Assembly: GCA_963665115.1 (NCBI GenBank)
Contig: OY762007.1
Coordinates: 3,616,001-3,680,000 of the forward strand
Source of the DNA: an uncultured Rivularia sp.
Lineage (GTDB): Bacteria; Cyanobacteriota; Cyanobacteriia; Cyanobacteriales; Nostocaceae
Length of the DNA: 64,000 bases
Direction: 5' to 3'
Shown: in pieces, positions 61,058 through 64,000 of the stretch
Layout of the letters: each line of letters opens with the position of its first letter
Numbering within the stretch: the stretch's first letter is position 1
The notes under the pieces: model-generated
Database searches by the model: none
What the model was told of the DNA's origin: nothing
The model's input: only the letters and a program-made list of their open reading frames with translations
Position numbers and translations under genes: made by a program

Positions 61058-62224
61058 TCACTGATTCCCGCAGAGTTGTTCGTCTAGTTTTTCTACACAG
61101 GCTGCTTTTTCTTCTGCTTTTAAGTCTTTATATTCTACGTCTCGGCGTAAAACTATACCGTTGTGACCTGTCAAAAACCTTGGCAGTTGTTTGTATTCAA
61201 TCAGCTCTAAGGTTTTCATGTCGTAGGTGGTATAAGTCGTTAATTCTGGGGAATCAAAGTTAATATCAATCACCGTAATTGCTTTTGCTGAAGGTGATTC
61301 GGCTCCAATTAAGGGACGCGGCCCCGAACCCATAAGCCCCATATGAAGTAGCTGCAATTTACCGCGATGACCGGGATAATAAGCGTGGTGATGTCCGCTG
61401 ATATAGGTATGAACGTTGTATTTTTCTAACATTGTTCGTAATTCTTCGGGGTTTGCCATTACGGCACCAAATTTGTTACGCCCTTCAGCAACTGCATATA
61501 AAGGTAAGTGACTTAACAAAATTCGCATTTTGGCTTGCTGCGCTTCTGGGCTTGCTAATGCTTTTTCTACCCAAGCCATTTTTTCGGGGGGAATTCTATG
61601 TGTTGAACCATCCCAAGCCATGAAGAAGATATCTTTATGTTTGAAGGTATAGAAAAATGGAAATTGGCTTTTATCTATAAATTCAACTCCCGGATTGTGT
61701 TCGGGGTTGTTCCAATATTCGGAAGCTAAATCTCTTTCTTCTTCAAATACAAAATTGCCTTCTTTTTTAGCACCGGAAGCGTCGTGATTGCCGATGGTAA
61801 AACCGAAAGGTATGTTTGCTTTACGTAAAGGTGCTGCAATATGTTCGTCGAAAGCTGCCCACATTGCCTTAATTTGCGATTCTGTAAGTGTCTTTTTTTG
61901 ACCAGCTATCATATCACCGCTACAAACTACCATATCTGGTTGCCAAAAAGGTAATAAATTAATTCCTTTATCTACCTCTGGTTCGTAGTCGGTGGAACCA
62001 TAAGCTGAATTCAAATCGCTGATAGCCACTAAACGCACGTCTCCACGAGGGGGATTAAATAAACCATTGGCACCAGCATTTTTGACAATCTCTTGTGTCT
62101 CTGGCGGTAAAGTTGATATTTCGGGTGTTTTTGTAGCTTCTTGATTAAGGTTTGCACAAGCAAAGCAAAAGATACTCAGCGCAAACCCGATAATTATAAA
62201 TAAAGAAAATCGCCGCCAAAGCAT
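61058..62224 (-). CDS. Metallophosphoesterase, probable lipoprotein
   Basis: ISDLN, SGD, GNHD and SGHHH motifs, with a lipobox-like FAC. Confidence 0.88.
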   Translation of the reverse strand: MLWRRFSLFIIIGFALSIFCFACANLNQEATKTPEISTLPPETQEIVKNAGANGLFNPPRGDVRLVAISDLNSAYGSTDYEPEVDKGINLLPFWQPDMVVCSGDMIAGQKKTLTESQIKAMWAAFDEHIAAPLRKANIPFGFTIGNHDASGAKKEGNFVFEEERDLASEYWNNPEHNPGVEFIDKSQFPFFYTFKHKDIFFMAWDGSTHRIPPEKMAWVEKALASPEAQQAKMRILLSHLPLYAVAEGRNKFGAVMANPEELRTMLEKYNVHTYISGHHHAYYPGHRGKLQLLHMGLMGSGPRPLIGAESPSAKAITVIDINFDSPELTTYTTYDMKTLELIEYKQLPRFLTGHNGIVLRRDVEYKDLKAEEKAACVEKLDEQLCGNQ

Positions 62225-62511
62225 TTTTTTAGCTCCCAGTCAACTACACCGTAAATATAACGGATAGCCGGATTATTTATTTTTATACCAGGATACAGAT
62301 TTGAATGGGGAATTGGGCATTTCAAATATTGGTGTAGAGACGTAGCAGTGCTACGTCTCCCAACAGTATGCGGATAAACCAAGTTATTTACTTTCTCTAA
62401 ATGGCAAATAGATTATTTTTTTGGTTTTATTTTAATATTTTTTAACAATTACATTGCTTTTTTGAATAAAAATACTATTGTTTTCAAGTAGTCAATCGTA
62501 AGTACTAATAA

Positions 62512-64000
62512 ATGAAAAAATTATTCGATGTATTGTCGTTTACATCTGTTATTATAGTTTCTATTTTATCTCCTGCTCTAGCTGAAATAAATCCTGTTGA
62601 TAATTCAATAAATTTTCAAATAAATTCTGATTTAGTCGATAAAGATACTTTTAATCAAGAATATAGTCAACGACAGATTTATTTAGATAAAGTTACAGAT
62701 GTCGATCAATTACAAGATGTTAATCCCCAACATTGGGCTTATGAAGCGTTACGCAGTTTAGTTGAAAAGTATGATTGTCTTAGTATTTCAGGAGGTGAGT
62801 TTAATGGCGTTAAGCGAAGCTCTACCGAAGGTAATCGCCCAATGTCTCGTTATGAGTTTGCGGTTGCTTTTAATGCTTGTCTTTCCACTATTGAAGGTTT
62901 AATTGCTAATTCAAGTAACAGTTTGCTGAAGTTGGAAGATTTAACCGTTTTGGATCGAGTGCAAAGAGAATTTGCTTCTGAATTACGAGAGGTAAGAAAT
63001 AGAGTTGATAATTTAGAACAGCAAGTTACTTCTATTGAAAAAAATCAGTTTAGTACTACTGCAACTTTACAAGGTACGGTAGACTTTTATCTGATTAGAG
63101 CTTTTGGTGACGTAAAAGCAGCTGCACCGGGAGAAAATTCAAGAGAAAGTATAGATAAAAATGTAAGTTTTTCATCGCGTGCGGTGCTTGATTTTGATAC
63201 TAGTTTTACAGGTAAAGACTTATTGCGAACTAGTATACAGGCAGGGAATGTCAGCAGCTTTGATAGAAGTGCTGTTGGTACCGATATGATTAGTTTAATT
63301 GGAGCTACAAATACCGATAATCAATTAGATTTGGCTTCGCTTTATTACCAATCTCCTATAGGTAATAATCGCGGTACGGTTGTAATTGCACCAATTGCAG
63401 GTTTTCCCACTCGTATTTTTCCTTCACTTAATCCCGTTTCTTCAATCTCCACTTTCGGTAGCGAAAATCCGATTTATGCTTTTGCATTTGGTACGGGTGG
63501 AGTTGTCTACTACAAATTTACCGAGCAACTTGCTGGTGGTGTAAGTTATTTCACCACTTCCGGCTCAAATGTAGATGAAGGATTATTTGGCGAGCAATTC
63601 AGTTCGTTGTCTCAGTTAACTTATACTCCATCAGATAAAGTGGCGATCGCCTTAACTTACGGACGTTATTATGCACCGCAACCGGATTCGAGCATTAATG
63701 TAACTGGAGGGAAAGGAAGTAGATTTGCTCAATTACCTTTTGGAGATTCAGCGACTTCTACCAACGGTTTTGGTTTGCAGTTTACTTATAAATTAAGCAA
63801 AAAATTGATTTTAGGAGGTTGGGGTAGTTATCTGATTGCGAATGCAGAAGCCTCGCCAAATGTTGGTAACGTAAATGCTTCTCAAGGTGCCGATGCTGAT
63901 ATTTGGAGTTGGGCTGTAACGGCAGCTTTACCGGATTTAGGTAAACCAGGCTCTCAATTAAATTTTGTTTTTGGTATGCCTCCAAAAGTTACCAATAATG
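62512..64000 (+). CDS. Cyanobacterial outer-membrane porin (SLH plus OprB-type barrel), running off the window end
   Basis: ATG at 62512, signal peptide, LQDV.P.HWAYEALRSLVEKY.C, SRYEFA, QFSTT..L.G, TSFTGKDLL and FGMPPKVT. Confidence 0.9.
   Translation, partial: MKKLFDVLSFTSVIIVSILSPALAEINPVDNSINFQINSDLVDKDTFNQEYSQRQIYLDKVTDVDQLQDVNPQHWAYEALRSLVEKYDCLSISGGEFNGVKRSSTEGNRPMSRYEFAVAFNACLSTIEGLIANSSNSLLKLEDLTVLDRVQREFASELREVRNRVDNLEQQVTSIEKNQFSTTATLQGTVDFYLIRAFGDVKAAAPGENSRESIDKNVSFSSRAVLDFDTSFTGKDLLRTSIQAGNVSSFDRSAVGTDMISLIGATNTDNQLDLASLYYQSPIGNNRGTVVIAPIAGFPTRIFPSLNPVSSISTFGSENPIYAFAFGTGGVVYYKFTEQLAGGVSYFTTSGSNVDEGLFGEQFSSLSQLTYTPSDKVAIALTYGRYYAPQPDSSINVTGGKGSRFAQLPFGDSATSTNGFGLQFTYKLSKKLILGGWGSYLIANAEASPNVGNVNASQGADADIWSWAVTAALPDLGKPGSQLNFVFGMPPKVTNN
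62807..62838 (+). mobile_element. 24-nt in-frame insertion splitting a HIP1 site inside the porin gene
   Basis: GCG|TTAAGCGAAGCTCTACCGAAGGTA|ATCGC. Removing the insert restores GCGATCGC and a normal-length SLH motif (F.GDRPMSRYEF). Confidence 0.75.

Overview
This 64-kb window is AT-rich chromosomal DNA from a filamentous, probably heterocyst-forming cyanobacterium (Nostocales-like). The basis is frequent HIP1 GCGATCGC octamers, heptamer STRR tandem repeats in most intergenic gaps, and the gene content. Housekeeping-type genes include cobA/hemD, coaE, tldD, a GT4, several Ser/Thr kinases, a PLP aminotransferase, ycf51, cutA, tRNA-Arg(TCT), a sensor kinase and a porin. These flank an accessory region at about 14-42 kb. 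That region holds a SulP-USP-BicA-(USP relic)-BicA cluster, a c-di-AMP (ydaO) riboswitch before an ArsB/NhaD permease, an arsR-MIP-arsH-arsC operon, a decayed TIR gene coupled to a nucleoside-deoxyribosyltransferase-like gene, and many small mobile repeats. The strongest candidate for an undescribed system is the divergent cluster at 22.1-29.4 kb. It encodes a MurJ-type flippase, a Ddl-fold ATP-grasp ligase with a rewritten active site, a KamA-family radical-SAM aminomutase, a VanW-like protein and an Ldh_2-family reductase. Together these suggest a dedicated pathway for a beta-amino-acid or hydroxy-acid-modified cell-wall precursor; this is inference only. Five genes carry single +1 frameshifts at two recurring motifs, most likely sequencing errors. 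All family assignments come from motif recognition by eye, with no database search.
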